64,000 nt of DNA from a phage: sequence record PV730300.1; one strand, given 5' to 3'. Made by a program: the position numbers and the translations under genes. Positions 35,260 to 44,056 of the stretch are shown one piece after another. The stretch's first letter is position 1. Each line of letters starts with the position of its first letter. The notes beneath the pieces are model-generated. The model was not told where the DNA came from and made no database searches. It worked only from the letters and a program-made list of their open reading frames with translations.

Positions 35260-35747
35260 TGGAAAGTGAGATCTTACCAGGTGACGATACAGATTGGGGA
35301 ACCATTATCAAAAAGATGATGGACCTTGAACAAGTTCAAATCGAAGCTGGTTTTTTAACAAACAAAAGGCATCCTGAATCAGATCTCACTATTCCTGCAA
35401 TAGCAGCTATTCAACAATATGGTAATGAAACAAACAACATACCTGCTCGCCCTTTTATAACAGATGGTGCTGTTATCTCACAGAACAATATCGCTAAAAA
35501 GATGAAGCAGGTGTTTGCAAATTACTTACTGAATAATGTCGGGTTAGCTGTTTTTGAGCCTATAGCGAGAGCCTCTAGAGAAGGAATAGCTCAAGCGATT
35601 GCAATGCAACGTTATCGTCCTTTATCTCCTGTGACAATTAAGATACGACAAGATAAAGGCAACTATTCTAATCATATCTTAATAGATACGGCACACATGA
35701 TAAATGCAATCGAAACAAAAATCACAAAAAGCAAGTCTAAAAAATAA
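35259..35747 (+). CDS. neck / head completion protein (putative)
   Basis: Position only. Confidence 0.35.
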   Translation: MESEILPGDDTDWGTIIKKMMDLEQVQIEAGFLTNKRHPESDLTIPAIAAIQQYGNETNNIPARPFITDGAVISQNNIAKKMKQVFANYLLNNVGLAVFEPIARASREGIAQAIAMQRYRPLSPVTIKIRQDKGNYSNHILIDTAHMINAIETKITKSKSKK

Positions 35748-35748
35748 C

Positions 35749-35777
35749 TTGCATAAACTTTGTTTTTGATGTATACT
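35749..35777 (+). promoter_or_regulatory. sigma70-like promoter (TTGCAT-N17-TATACT)
   Basis: TTGCAT at 35749-35754, TATACT at 35772-35777. Confidence 0.45.
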
Positions 35778-35792
35778 AAAAAGGAGATACAA

Positions 35793-36209
35793 GTGTTACT
35801 AGATCAATTTACTCTCCTTGATCTAACTGAATACCAAGGTCGTAGACGAGTCTACAAAGAGGCCGTTGGTTCAGTTATTGCTAACTTAGAAAGTAGTGTA
35901 GAATATGAACCATTTACTATTGAAGCTGCAAGCTTACAACCGATATCTGGTAAAACACTGAATGCACTACCTGAAGGTTACAGATCTAAGGCTCAATATA
36001 GTTTCTGGACTAAAACAGAAATGAAGGGGTTACAACAAGGAACAGAACAGTTATCAGATCAGATATTGATAGATGGTAAATGGTATTCTGTTTATTCCCT
36101 TAAAGATTGGACCAGAACATCTTTCTTAGTCCATCATCACTGTGTTGCAATATTAGACGATCAAAACAACTCCTGGTCTTATGGAACAGAAGGAGGAAAC
36201 TTTGGCTAA
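35793..36209 (+). CDS. tail completion / neck protein (putative)
   Basis: GTG start with AAGGAG upstream. Confidence 0.35.
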   Translation: MLLDQFTLLDLTEYQGRRRVYKEAVGSVIANLESSVEYEPFTIEAASLQPISGKTLNALPEGYRSKAQYSFWTKTEMKGLQQGTEQLSDQILIDGKWYSVYSLKDWTRTSFLVHHHCVAILDDQNNSWSYGTEGGNFG

Positions 36210-36840
36210 TATTTACCAACAAATAGAAGCATACGAAAATGCCATCTACTTAAATATAGGTGGCTTCCTTCAAGAATTAGTGGGGTTGCCAGTCTATGTT
36301 ATGGATAAGCCATTCATTAAACCGGATACTCCTTACCTAGCACTACGTATTATCACTTCCAGCGATTCTGGAGGTTGGTCTTACCGAAGCTCTATTCAAA
36401 ATGATATGTATTCCTACGAGATGGATAATACCTACGAGATTGAACTTGTAGCCTATCGTGGAAGACCTACCACTTTGATGAGCTATGTTCTGGCTGCTCT
36501 CCGTGGTGCAGAGGAATTAAAATACAAACATCTCTATTCTAAAGGTCTTGGTTTTTTAGGAGCCTCCAATATAGCTCAAGCCAATACAATTGTAGACGGA
36601 GATAAGACTGAATTAAGAGCGCGTATGGTTATGACGTTCAACACTCGTATGAGTATTGAAGATATTGCTACTACACCAATAGAAGCAATCAACATGCACA
36701 TCCGTTCATTCAGAGATAGTTACAATGATCCTATCCCTTTAGATTTAATTCTAAACAGGGTTTATGCAATTACTTTGGTTCCAGGCGAATACTCGTCAGT
36801 CAATCAAAATGGATCATTATTTAACAACCCTACCGAATAA
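36181..36840 (+). CDS. tail-associated protein (putative; start may be the TTG at 36202)
   Basis: ORF overlapping the upstream gene end; AAGGAGG precedes the in-frame TTG. Confidence 0.35.
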   Translation: MEQKEETLANIYQQIEAYENAIYLNIGGFLQELVGLPVYVMDKPFIKPDTPYLALRIITSSDSGGWSYRSSIQNDMYSYEMDNTYEIELVAYRGRPTTLMSYVLAALRGAEELKYKHLYSKGLGFLGASNIAQANTIVDGDKTELRARMVMTFNTRMSIEDIATTPIEAINMHIRSFRDSYNDPIPLDLILNRVYAITLVPGEYSSVNQNGSLFNNPTE

Positions 36841-36874
36841 ACTCATTGGAATTAAGTTTCTAACAGGAGCATAA

Positions 36875-38248
36875 ATGGCAACTTTTCGTGAAAAGGTAGC
36901 AACCGTAACTTTACTGTATGGTGCTACATCAATTCGTGAAACCCAGTTCGATATTCCCCTGATCCTTACAGGTCAGAACGTAACTGGCGAAGCGATTCAA
37001 TATTACTCTTCTTCCGATGCACTTTTGGAAGCAGGTTATGGATTAAATGATCCAGCGTATATTATGGCAGTCAAACTGTTTAACGGTTTGTTCCCACCAG
37101 ATCAAGTCATGGTTGGTAAGCGTGAAGTTACAAACTTTACTCTAACTCCAATCGTAGAAGATAGTGCAACTTACACAATTACCATCAAAAATGGTACCAA
37201 GAAAAAAGAATTTAAATTCATTGCTGATGACACTGCAACTGCACAAGAGATTGTAGTTGGTCTGACTGAAATGATCAATGCAGATCTTGTTTATGGCCCA
37301 CTGTTTACAGTAGCTAACAACGGCGCTGCAATGACTTTCACTCCAGTAGAAGGTAAGTTTGGTTCTATTGACAGCACAGGTTTCACTCAAGAAACTGTCT
37401 ATGCTAATGCTATTACGGAAGATATCGCTGCTCTGCATGATATTGATAGTAGCTGGTTCTGGACCCTTTCAGATTCCCATGAAACAGAAGATGTTCTAGC
37501 TTTGGCTGCATGGGTAGAAGAGAATGATAAAGTTTACTTCTTCTCTAGCTCTGAACCTGGAATTAAAACGAAAGCAGAAGATAACGTTCTGGAACGACTG
37601 AATGACCTCGGTTATAATAACACTTGCTTTGCTTTGTGGATGACCGATGCAGATTCTGTATTCCCAGAAGCGGCAGTTGTTGGTGCAATCTGTTCTCGTC
37701 AACCTGGTTTAACTACTCTTCACGGTAAAACACTGGTAGGTGTAGAGATCGAGAAACTGGATCAGACTTCGGAAAACAATATTGTTCAACAGAACGGTAA
37801 CATCTATCGTAAAGAGCATGGAACTCTGTTCTATCGTGATGGATTGATGGTTAGCGGTTTCTTTGTTGACTATGTTGTTCATGCTTTGTGGTTTAAAGCT
37901 CGCACAGAAGAATCACTGTTTACACTGTTTAAACAACAGTCTATGCTGGGTGGTGGTGTTCGTGCTACTTCAAACGGTCTGGCTTTGATTCGACAAGCTG
38001 TTCTGGCTAACCCGATCCAAGTAGGTATCCTCAACGGTTCCATCGCTAATGAAGTTGTTACTTCTGAAGAGACTGGTTTGCGTGTCGATCTGAAACCTAT
38101 TGTTTATATTCCTTCTCGTGCCGATATGACTGATGCGCAAATCAATGCTCGTCTGGTCGATGGGATGAAGATTGAATATGTTTACGCTGGCTTCTTCCAT
38201 TACGTTAAAGTTCAGGTCAACGTCCTGACTAACCGTACTGCAAACTAA
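36875..38248 (+). CDS. tail sheath protein (putative)
   Basis: 457 aa, high-expression codon usage, immediately upstream of a tube-sized gene. Confidence 0.5.
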   Translation: MATFREKVATVTLLYGATSIRETQFDIPLILTGQNVTGEAIQYYSSSDALLEAGYGLNDPAYIMAVKLFNGLFPPDQVMVGKREVTNFTLTPIVEDSATYTITIKNGTKKKEFKFIADDTATAQEIVVGLTEMINADLVYGPLFTVANNGAAMTFTPVEGKFGSIDSTGFTQETVYANAITEDIAALHDIDSSWFWTLSDSHETEDVLALAAWVEENDKVYFFSSSEPGIKTKAEDNVLERLNDLGYNNTCFALWMTDADSVFPEAAVVGAICSRQPGLTTLHGKTLVGVEIEKLDQTSENNIVQQNGNIYRKEHGTLFYRDGLMVSGFFVDYVVHALWFKARTEESLFTLFKQQSMLGGGVRATSNGLALIRQAVLANPIQVGILNGSIANEVVTSEETGLRVDLKPIVYIPSRADMTDAQINARLVDGMKIEYVYAGFFHYVKVQVNVLTNRTAN

Positions 38249-38252
38249 TACG

Positions 38253-38275
38253 GCGGGGGTTAAGCCCCCGTTATC
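38253..38275 (+). terminator. terminator-like hairpin after the sheath gene
   Basis: CGGGGG-TTAA-CCCCCG hairpin with a weak T tract. Confidence 0.4.
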
Positions 38276-38294
38276 AAAATAAAGAGGATCTATA

Positions 38295-38774
38295 ATGGAT
38301 AAAATGCTTACTGGCGTAATGGCCTACGACCCATCTCAAGTTATCCTTTCATTAGGTGGTTGGGAACCGTGGGGTTTTGCGGCTGATACTAAAATCGTTA
38401 TTGCTAAATCTAACGATATTATCAACCCTTATGCAGGGACTGATGGCGACGTTTCACTAGCTTTGAGTCGTAACCGTTTGGGAACACTCACAATGTCTTT
38501 GCAACGCACATCTCCAGCTAACGAAGTACTTGCAACATATGCACAAACAATGTATTCTACTCGTCAAGTAGCATTCAGCGTTTACTTGGAAGACCCACGT
38601 GGCTATTACATTAGCACGATTGGATGGATTCAAAGTCAGCCTGAAGATACTATTGGCGAAATGATTACAGAGAACCAATGGGTTATTGGTCTTAAAGATG
38701 CAAGCCTTCTGCGTAATGAAGTTGGTGTAGGTTTGAGCACCCTTAACTCAATCTCTGCTCTGACAATTCAATAA
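38295..38774 (+). CDS. tail tube protein (putative)
   Basis: 159 aa following the sheath gene. Confidence 0.45.
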   Translation: MDKMLTGVMAYDPSQVILSLGGWEPWGFAADTKIVIAKSNDIINPYAGTDGDVSLALSRNRLGTLTMSLQRTSPANEVLATYAQTMYSTRQVAFSVYLEDPRGYYISTIGWIQSQPEDTIGEMITENQWVIGLKDASLLRNEVGVGLSTLNSISALTIQ

Positions 38775-38781
38775 TAAATAA

Positions 38782-38803
38782 AGGGCAGAAATGCCCTTTT
38801 TAT
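38782..38803 (+). terminator. intrinsic terminator
   Basis: AGGGCA-GAAA-TGCCCT hairpin followed by TTTTT. Confidence 0.6.
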
Positions 38804-38819
38804 CATTAGAGAGGAAAAT

Positions 38820-39302
38820 ATGTCACAAGAACAAGATAACACAATTCAAAAATATGCTCGACCAGAAGAAGTAGTTGAGATTCCGTTAGATGGAAACAGA
38901 TCTGTTACTTTCCGTATTATGAAGTGGAGTCCATCTAAAGTGTTTGACAGGATTCCAGAATTGGGTAGTGTTCTGGTTGTTCCTATGACTATGTATAGCA
39001 CAGCAACAATGTCCGCAGACGAAGACCTTGAGTCACGTATTGCTATGGCACTGATCCAACTTTTTGCGGGTTTGGAAGAAAAGAATTTAACTGTCTTTTT
39101 GCGTAAAATTTTAGATGAGGTTTATACTCAAGACGGTTATAACGTTGCAGAAAATTTTGATGAATTATTTATGGCTCACCCAGAACTAGTGTTAGATCTT
39201 ACTGCTAAAGTTCTGGAGGTAAACTACGGCCCTTTTTTCAAACGAGGTTTCGGAAAACTGTTCACACAGCTTCAGGCGATGACGAGTTTAGCAGCAAATT
39301 AA
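38820..39302 (+). CDS. tail assembly chaperone (putative) with candidate -1 frameshift extension to 39568
   Basis: Slippery heptamer T_TTT_TTC at 39233-39239 in frame 0; the -1 frame is open from there to 39568. Confidence 0.45.
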   Translation: MSQEQDNTIQKYARPEEVVEIPLDGNRSVTFRIMKWSPSKVFDRIPELGSVLVVPMTMYSTATMSADEDLESRIAMALIQLFAGLEEKNLTVFLRKILDEVYTQDGYNVAENFDELFMAHPELVLDLTAKVLEVNYGPFFKRGFGKLFTQLQAMTSLAAN

Positions 39303-39564
39303 CACCTGCGATTGAACATGCTATCGACACAGCAACGAAAACCCTTACTTTGAAGTGGTATGAGGTTATTCTTTGCAAAGTCGTTAAAGATACCTCGGAA
39401 ACACTGAAAACATTGGATAACTACGGTGTAGATTATCTTTTAAAACTATATGAGTATTTAACATACGAAGAGTATGTTGAAGCCATGTATGTTAAAGACA
39501 CTTCAATAAAGAGAAAACATCAAAACCAAACAAATAAAATGTCAGATTTGTTTAAGAAACTTGT

Positions 39565-39593
39565 TTGACTTTAAAACGTCACGGTGGTATACT
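39565..39593 (+). promoter_or_regulatory. sigma70-like promoter (TTGACT-N17-TGgTATACT) upstream of the endonuclease ORF
   Basis: TTGACT at 39565-39570, TATACT at 39588-39593. Confidence 0.5.
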
Positions 39594-39620
39594 TCTTTTA
39601 TTGAATAGAGGAGGAACATC

Positions 39621-40937
39621 ATGCGTGGCGTTTTAAATATTATAGGTCAAGACCCAAACAATCCAGACAAAATTCTGGTTACATGCTCTATCTGTTCAGA
39701 AGATAAAGAACTTTATCCTCAACCTTTCAGCATGTTCAAAAGTAACTTTGGTAGGCAAACACCTTGTGGTTGCTCAAAATGTCCAAAACTAAGTGAAGAT
39801 CAAGCCTACATTGTAGCAAAGAGAGCTACAGAAGCTTTAGGATACACTTTTTTAGGTTGGAGTAAAGAATACACAGGCTCAAGTTCTACAAAAATCCGTT
39901 GTGTTTGTCCTGAACATGGGGAATGGAACACTGGTATAATTTCAACGATTCGGAAGGGTGTGGGTTGTCCAAAGTGTGTAGATCCTAGGAAAAGAAAAGA
40001 TTTAGTAAAAGCTGAAGATTTCTTGGCAACAGGCTTCTTTGAAGATGGGACTACTTTTACCAAATCTGAAAGAAAAGATAAAAATGGTTGGAGTCCTTAT
40101 TGGTTTGTTACCTGCCCTACATGTTCAAATGATAAGTTTGTAAAAGCTGGACTTTGCTCTGGTATCTTTGAAGGCATGAAGTCTAATCTTTTGAAGGGTG
40201 CTAAACCTTGTCGTTGTTCTTCAAGGTATGTATACACTGAAGAGCAATATATTTTACGAATTAACACTGAAACACCTTATAGCTTTATTCGTTGGATTGG
40301 GAAGTTTAAAGGTAATCGCTCAAAAGTTGTAGTTTTTTGCGAAGAACATGGCGGTGAGATAGAGATGACTGTTTTTGGTTTGTTATCGGGAAACCGTTGT
40401 ATTACTTGTCACGGACACAAACCGAAACCAGAGACTGACATGAAAGAACAATTGAAAAAGGTTTGTGAGGAACGTGGATACACTTTTGTAAAGCTTATTG
40501 ATTACAAATCAAATAAGAGTTCTTTTCAATACTCTTGCAAAACCCACGGCATCCAACAAATATCAATCACAAACTTTATACACGGTGAACAAGGTTGTCC
40601 AGAATGTAGAGGTAAAAATCAGACCTATGCTTATATTCACCTGGTGGAAGATGAGGGTCTTGGTATTATTGGTCTTAAATTTGGAATAACAAAAAATCCA
40701 AGAATAAGAATAAGGCAACAGAATCGACTTGCTAAATATAAACTACGCAAGTTTAAGTTATATAGATTTGAAACTGTGGCAGCTTGTCGCACCGCAGAGA
40801 AAGAAGTGAAAGACGTTTTACCTTGCGGAGTTTTCTCCCAACAAGACATTCCAGACGGGTGGACAGAGACAACTTATATCTACAACCTGGAAAACATTAT
40901 GAAAATCTTTGAAGATAATGGAGGAATACTTTGTTAG
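39621..40937 (+). CDS. homing endonuclease-like protein: five tandem Cys-rich zinc-ribbon repeats plus C-terminal T5orf172 / GIY-YIG-like domain
   Basis: Repeated Cys-pair zinc-ribbon modules (e.g. CPEHG...CPKC, CEEHG...CITC, CKTHG...CPEC); C-terminal YIHLVEDEGLGIIGLKFGIT...R...Q pattern; own ribosome-binding site (GAGGAGG); lies directly 5' of the intron core. Confidence 0.5.
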   Translation: MRGVLNIIGQDPNNPDKILVTCSICSEDKELYPQPFSMFKSNFGRQTPCGCSKCPKLSEDQAYIVAKRATEALGYTFLGWSKEYTGSSSTKIRCVCPEHGEWNTGIISTIRKGVGCPKCVDPRKRKDLVKAEDFLATGFFEDGTTFTKSERKDKNGWSPYWFVTCPTCSNDKFVKAGLCSGIFEGMKSNLLKGAKPCRCSSRYVYTEEQYILRINTETPYSFIRWIGKFKGNRSKVVVFCEEHGGEIEMTVFGLLSGNRCITCHGHKPKPETDMKEQLKKVCEERGYTFVKLIDYKSNKSSFQYSCKTHGIQQISITNFIHGEQGCPECRGKNQTYAYIHLVEDEGLGIIGLKFGITKNPRIRIRQQNRLAKYKLRKFKLYRFETVAACRTAEKEVKDVLPCGVFSQQDIPDGWTETTYIYNLENIMKIFEDNGGILC

Positions 40938-40994
40938 AAATTAACGCCTTAACTTAGGGGCTAATGTGTAGTGATACACATTATCAACTTTGTG

Positions 40995-41185
40995 AATTGC
41001 TGGGACACCCTTAGAGCCACACTACCACTGCGAATCGAAAGATGAAGCCACGGTTTGAAAAGTGTGTGGATTGGGTAATCAGCAGCCAAGCTCCGTTTAG
41101 GAGAAGGTTCAACGACTATCCCGTAAGGGAGTAGGATCAAGTGGTCCGAAGCGCAAAGCGTCTCATGTAGATGAAGATATAGTCT
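40995..41185 (+). ncRNA. group I intron catalytic core (P, Q, R, S elements)
   Basis: P-like AATTGCTGGGAC (40995-41006), Q AATCAGCAGC (41077-41086), R GTTCAACGACTA (41107-41118), S AAGATATAGTCT (41174-41185), in canonical order, with GACTAT/ATAGTC able to form P7. Confidence 0.7.
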
Positions 41186-41264
41186 AATCTGTAGGGAAAC
41201 TTACAGCAGCGAAAGCGGGGAAGAATTAACGAATCTTCCCGAATACAATGCAAAAATTAGTAAC

Positions 41265-43220
41265 GTGGTTACGTTTAAGGTGGACAAGAACAGTCTCAAG
41301 GAAGCAAAAGATGCCGTGTTGAGTGTTCAGAAGTTTGCAAATAAAATGCAACCCACTATGAACATGACCAAGTTTAGACAACAAATGAAAGAGATTGAGC
41401 GTGAACTTAAGAAAGCTCAAACTCAAAGTCAAAAACCTATGCGAGCACCTACTCCCGCTGGAGCGGGTGCTCCTGTAGGTGGATCTGGCAGACCTAGAAC
41501 TCCTAAAACCCCGCAAGGAAGAGAAGAAGAAAAAGCTCGTAAAGCGGCTGAACGCGAAGCTAAAGCAGCAGCACGTAGGGAAGATTTAGGTAATCTTCGT
41601 TTGCAGAACTTTAACTACCGAGCAAAAGCATTTAGTAAAGCCAGTCCTGGCGCTATGCAAGAAGCTAGAGACGTTATGGGTAAAGCTGTAGAGCAATATA
41701 AGAAGGGTGAAATAACTCTTCAACGTATGAACCAAGCTCTTGCTCACCAGTTAGATGCTTTACGCAGATCTCATCGTGAAAAGAATGCTGAAATAGAAGA
41801 CGAGGTTCGCGGTCGTCGCCGTATTCGTAGAGAGCTAGAAGCAGAAGCTAAAATGCGTATACGTATGCGAAACCGTGAACTTAGAGATATAGAACGCAAC
41901 CGTAAGCGTGAATTAGCTCAGCAAAAACGTGATCGTGATCGTCGATATGGACAATTAAAAGAAGGTGCAGCAGGTCTTAATCCACGCATGATTGCATCCT
42001 CTTTGATAGGTGCTGGACTGTTTGCAGGTGGTTCTGTAGTTGGTAACACTTTGATGAATACTAACGAAAGAATTAAAATGGTTAGTCGCGGTGCTGAAAA
42101 CGTCCAAACGAATGCTAACTCTATTTTAACAATGACCGCATGGGGTGAACAAAACGGTGTAGACTCGGCAAATATCATTAAAGCAATAGATAACATTAAA
42201 GACGTTCGTGAACGTCTAGGTAATACCATGATGAACACCAAATGGAACGCAAAAGAAGGGAAATGGAAAGGTGGTGATAACGGTATTACTGATATTATGA
42301 ATGCTTTTGGTTGGAACCCCGATCAAATAAAACATTTGCAAAATGACCCGTTAGCTTTTATCCAAGCCACTGTTAATGAAGGCGAACGTCGAGGCATGAA
42401 CTCTGCTCAAATCGGGCGACTTCTTGAAAACCTTGGTGATGACCTTATGCACTACCAACGTATGTTTAGTAAAAACGGCGAAGGGTATAACGAAGTATTG
42501 AAAATGCTTCAAAGAACAGGTGCAACATTAACTCAAGAACAAATAGATGCTTCTAAAGAGTTTACTCGTTTTGCTGCAACAGTTCAGCTTGTAGGTCAAG
42601 GTATGCAGAACCATTTCCTGGAAGGTTTTGTAAAAGCTTTACCTAAAGATGATTCTTGGTTGGATAATGTTAAAGTGCTAGATCAGTTCGCCAAAGATTT
42701 AGGTGAAGAACTTGGTAAAACAACAGTTCAACTTGGTGGTTTTGCTAAAGAATTGGGAGATGGTTTCGGATCTTTTACCAATTGGCTTAAAGAAACATTC
42801 CCCGATACCTTCGGAGACAACACAGATCCTAATAAATCTATGGCACAAAAAGCATATGAGGCAACGCAAAGTGGAGACAGTAACCCTGTAGCAGATTGGT
42901 TGTACAATTTAACAGGTATTGATACACAAGATATTGGTCGTATGTGGAGAGGAGAGCAAACAAGGACACGTGCTTTTGGATTTGGTAATCCTCTTGAGGA
43001 TTTACGTGAATCAGCCTATACACCTAACGTAAGTTTGGCTCGTAATCAACCTGTTGTTGAGAATACGGTAGCAATACCAAGTGATCTTATCAAAGTTACG
43101 ATCAGCCCTTCTTCCGAGTTTGGAAATATTCTTGATGCAAGAATTCAAAACAGCGGAAATAGCATTTTCCAACGTTTGTCTCTTTCAACTCTAAGTGGAC
43201 AATCTAACACTGGTGGTTAA
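41265..43220 (+). CDS. tail tape measure protein (putative); 5' end probably supplied by splicing
   Basis: 651 aa, coiled-coil and basic-rich, followed by a strong terminator; the listed GTG start has no ribosome-binding site and the frame is open upstream to 41175. Confidence 0.55.
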   Translation: MVTFKVDKNSLKEAKDAVLSVQKFANKMQPTMNMTKFRQQMKEIERELKKAQTQSQKPMRAPTPAGAGAPVGGSGRPRTPKTPQGREEEKARKAAEREAKAAARREDLGNLRLQNFNYRAKAFSKASPGAMQEARDVMGKAVEQYKKGEITLQRMNQALAHQLDALRRSHREKNAEIEDEVRGRRRIRRELEAEAKMRIRMRNRELRDIERNRKRELAQQKRDRDRRYGQLKEGAAGLNPRMIASSLIGAGLFAGGSVVGNTLMNTNERIKMVSRGAENVQTNANSILTMTAWGEQNGVDSANIIKAIDNIKDVRERLGNTMMNTKWNAKEGKWKGGDNGITDIMNAFGWNPDQIKHLQNDPLAFIQATVNEGERRGMNSAQIGRLLENLGDDLMHYQRMFSKNGEGYNEVLKMLQRTGATLTQEQIDASKEFTRFAATVQLVGQGMQNHFLEGFVKALPKDDSWLDNVKVLDQFAKDLGEELGKTTVQLGGFAKELGDGFGSFTNWLKETFPDTFGDNTDPNKSMAQKAYEATQSGDSNPVADWLYNLTGIDTQDIGRMWRGEQTRTRAFGFGNPLEDLRESAYTPNVSLARNQPVVENTVAIPSDLIKVTISPSSEFGNILDARIQNSGNSIFQRLSLSTLSGQSNTGG

Positions 43221-43226
43221 TAAAAT

Positions 43227-43250
43227 ACCTCGCTTCGGCGGGGTTTTTTC
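43227..43250 (+). terminator. intrinsic terminator (UUCG tetraloop)
   Basis: ACCTCGC-TTCG-GCGGGGT hairpin followed by TTTTTT. Confidence 0.7.
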
Positions 43251-43257
43251 GTTTCCC

Positions 43258-43287
43258 TTGACACGAAGTTTCTATATGTGTTACAAT
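43258..43287 (+). promoter_or_regulatory. sigma70-like promoter (TTGACA-N18-TACAAT)
   Basis: TTGACA at 43258-43263. Confidence 0.45.
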
Positions 43288-43346
43288 AATCAATATGGGA
43301 AGATCTTGCATCTTCCTTTTGGCATTATCATTACTACGAGGTTATC

Positions 43347-44054
43347 ATGGCAGCAATGACTCCACAACAGTCGGTGAGAGCCGTCTATAAGGCAGAACAG
43401 GAAATCAACTCTACCGAGAATAAAAATACCTCGGCATCTACCGTAAAGGGTGATAATGGTTTCTGTATTTTAGCAAGTGTTTATAATAGTTCAAGCGATC
43501 AATACATTCAAAACTTTAAAGCAATTACTTTCGATTCAGTCCCTGAAATAGGTGTAACTCGTGAAGCAGATGTTACAAGTTTTCCTGTGGAATCAGGATC
43601 GGATGTAAGTGACCACGTTCAAATAAAAAACAACAGATTTAAACTTTCAGGTATAATTACCGAAACACCAATTCGGCTTATGCGAGATCAATTATACAGT
43701 GCAGGTGTAAATGGGGCAAGGATTTCTCAAGCAATAGAATATCTAGATCAAATATTTGAGTCAAGACAACCAATAGTTCTTTTGACAGAACACAGAACTT
43801 TTGAAAATGTTATTCTCAAAGGCTACTCTTATGATTATAAATCTGAATTTGCTATGCAATTTGATTTAGAGTTCGAACAAATCCGTCTAGTCTCTAAGGC
43901 CACCACTAACGCTATCGCTGTAAAAACAGCACCAAATAAGTCAACTGGTGGTGATGTGAAAGGACAAGTTCCATCTGGCGGTCCTAAAGTGGATAACCCA
44001 ATTACAAGAAACACTGCGTCATCTACTGGAACACCAACTAATACGGGGAATTAA
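43347..44054 (+). CDS. baseplate/tail protein (putative)
   Basis: Position in the tail module. Confidence 0.35.
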   Translation: MAAMTPQQSVRAVYKAEQEINSTENKNTSASTVKGDNGFCILASVYNSSSDQYIQNFKAITFDSVPEIGVTREADVTSFPVESGSDVSDHVQIKNNRFKLSGIITETPIRLMRDQLYSAGVNGARISQAIEYLDQIFESRQPIVLLTEHRTFENVILKGYSYDYKSEFAMQFDLEFEQIRLVSKATTNAIAVKTAPNKSTGGDVKGQVPSGGPKVDNPITRNTASSTGTPTNTGN

Positions 44055-44056
44055 TA

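Noticed and set aside
41226-41516. Minus-strand ORF of 96 aa overlapping the intron 3' end and the tape measure 5' end
   Set aside because: Arg/Ser-rich antisense translation of a structural gene; no ribosome-binding site.
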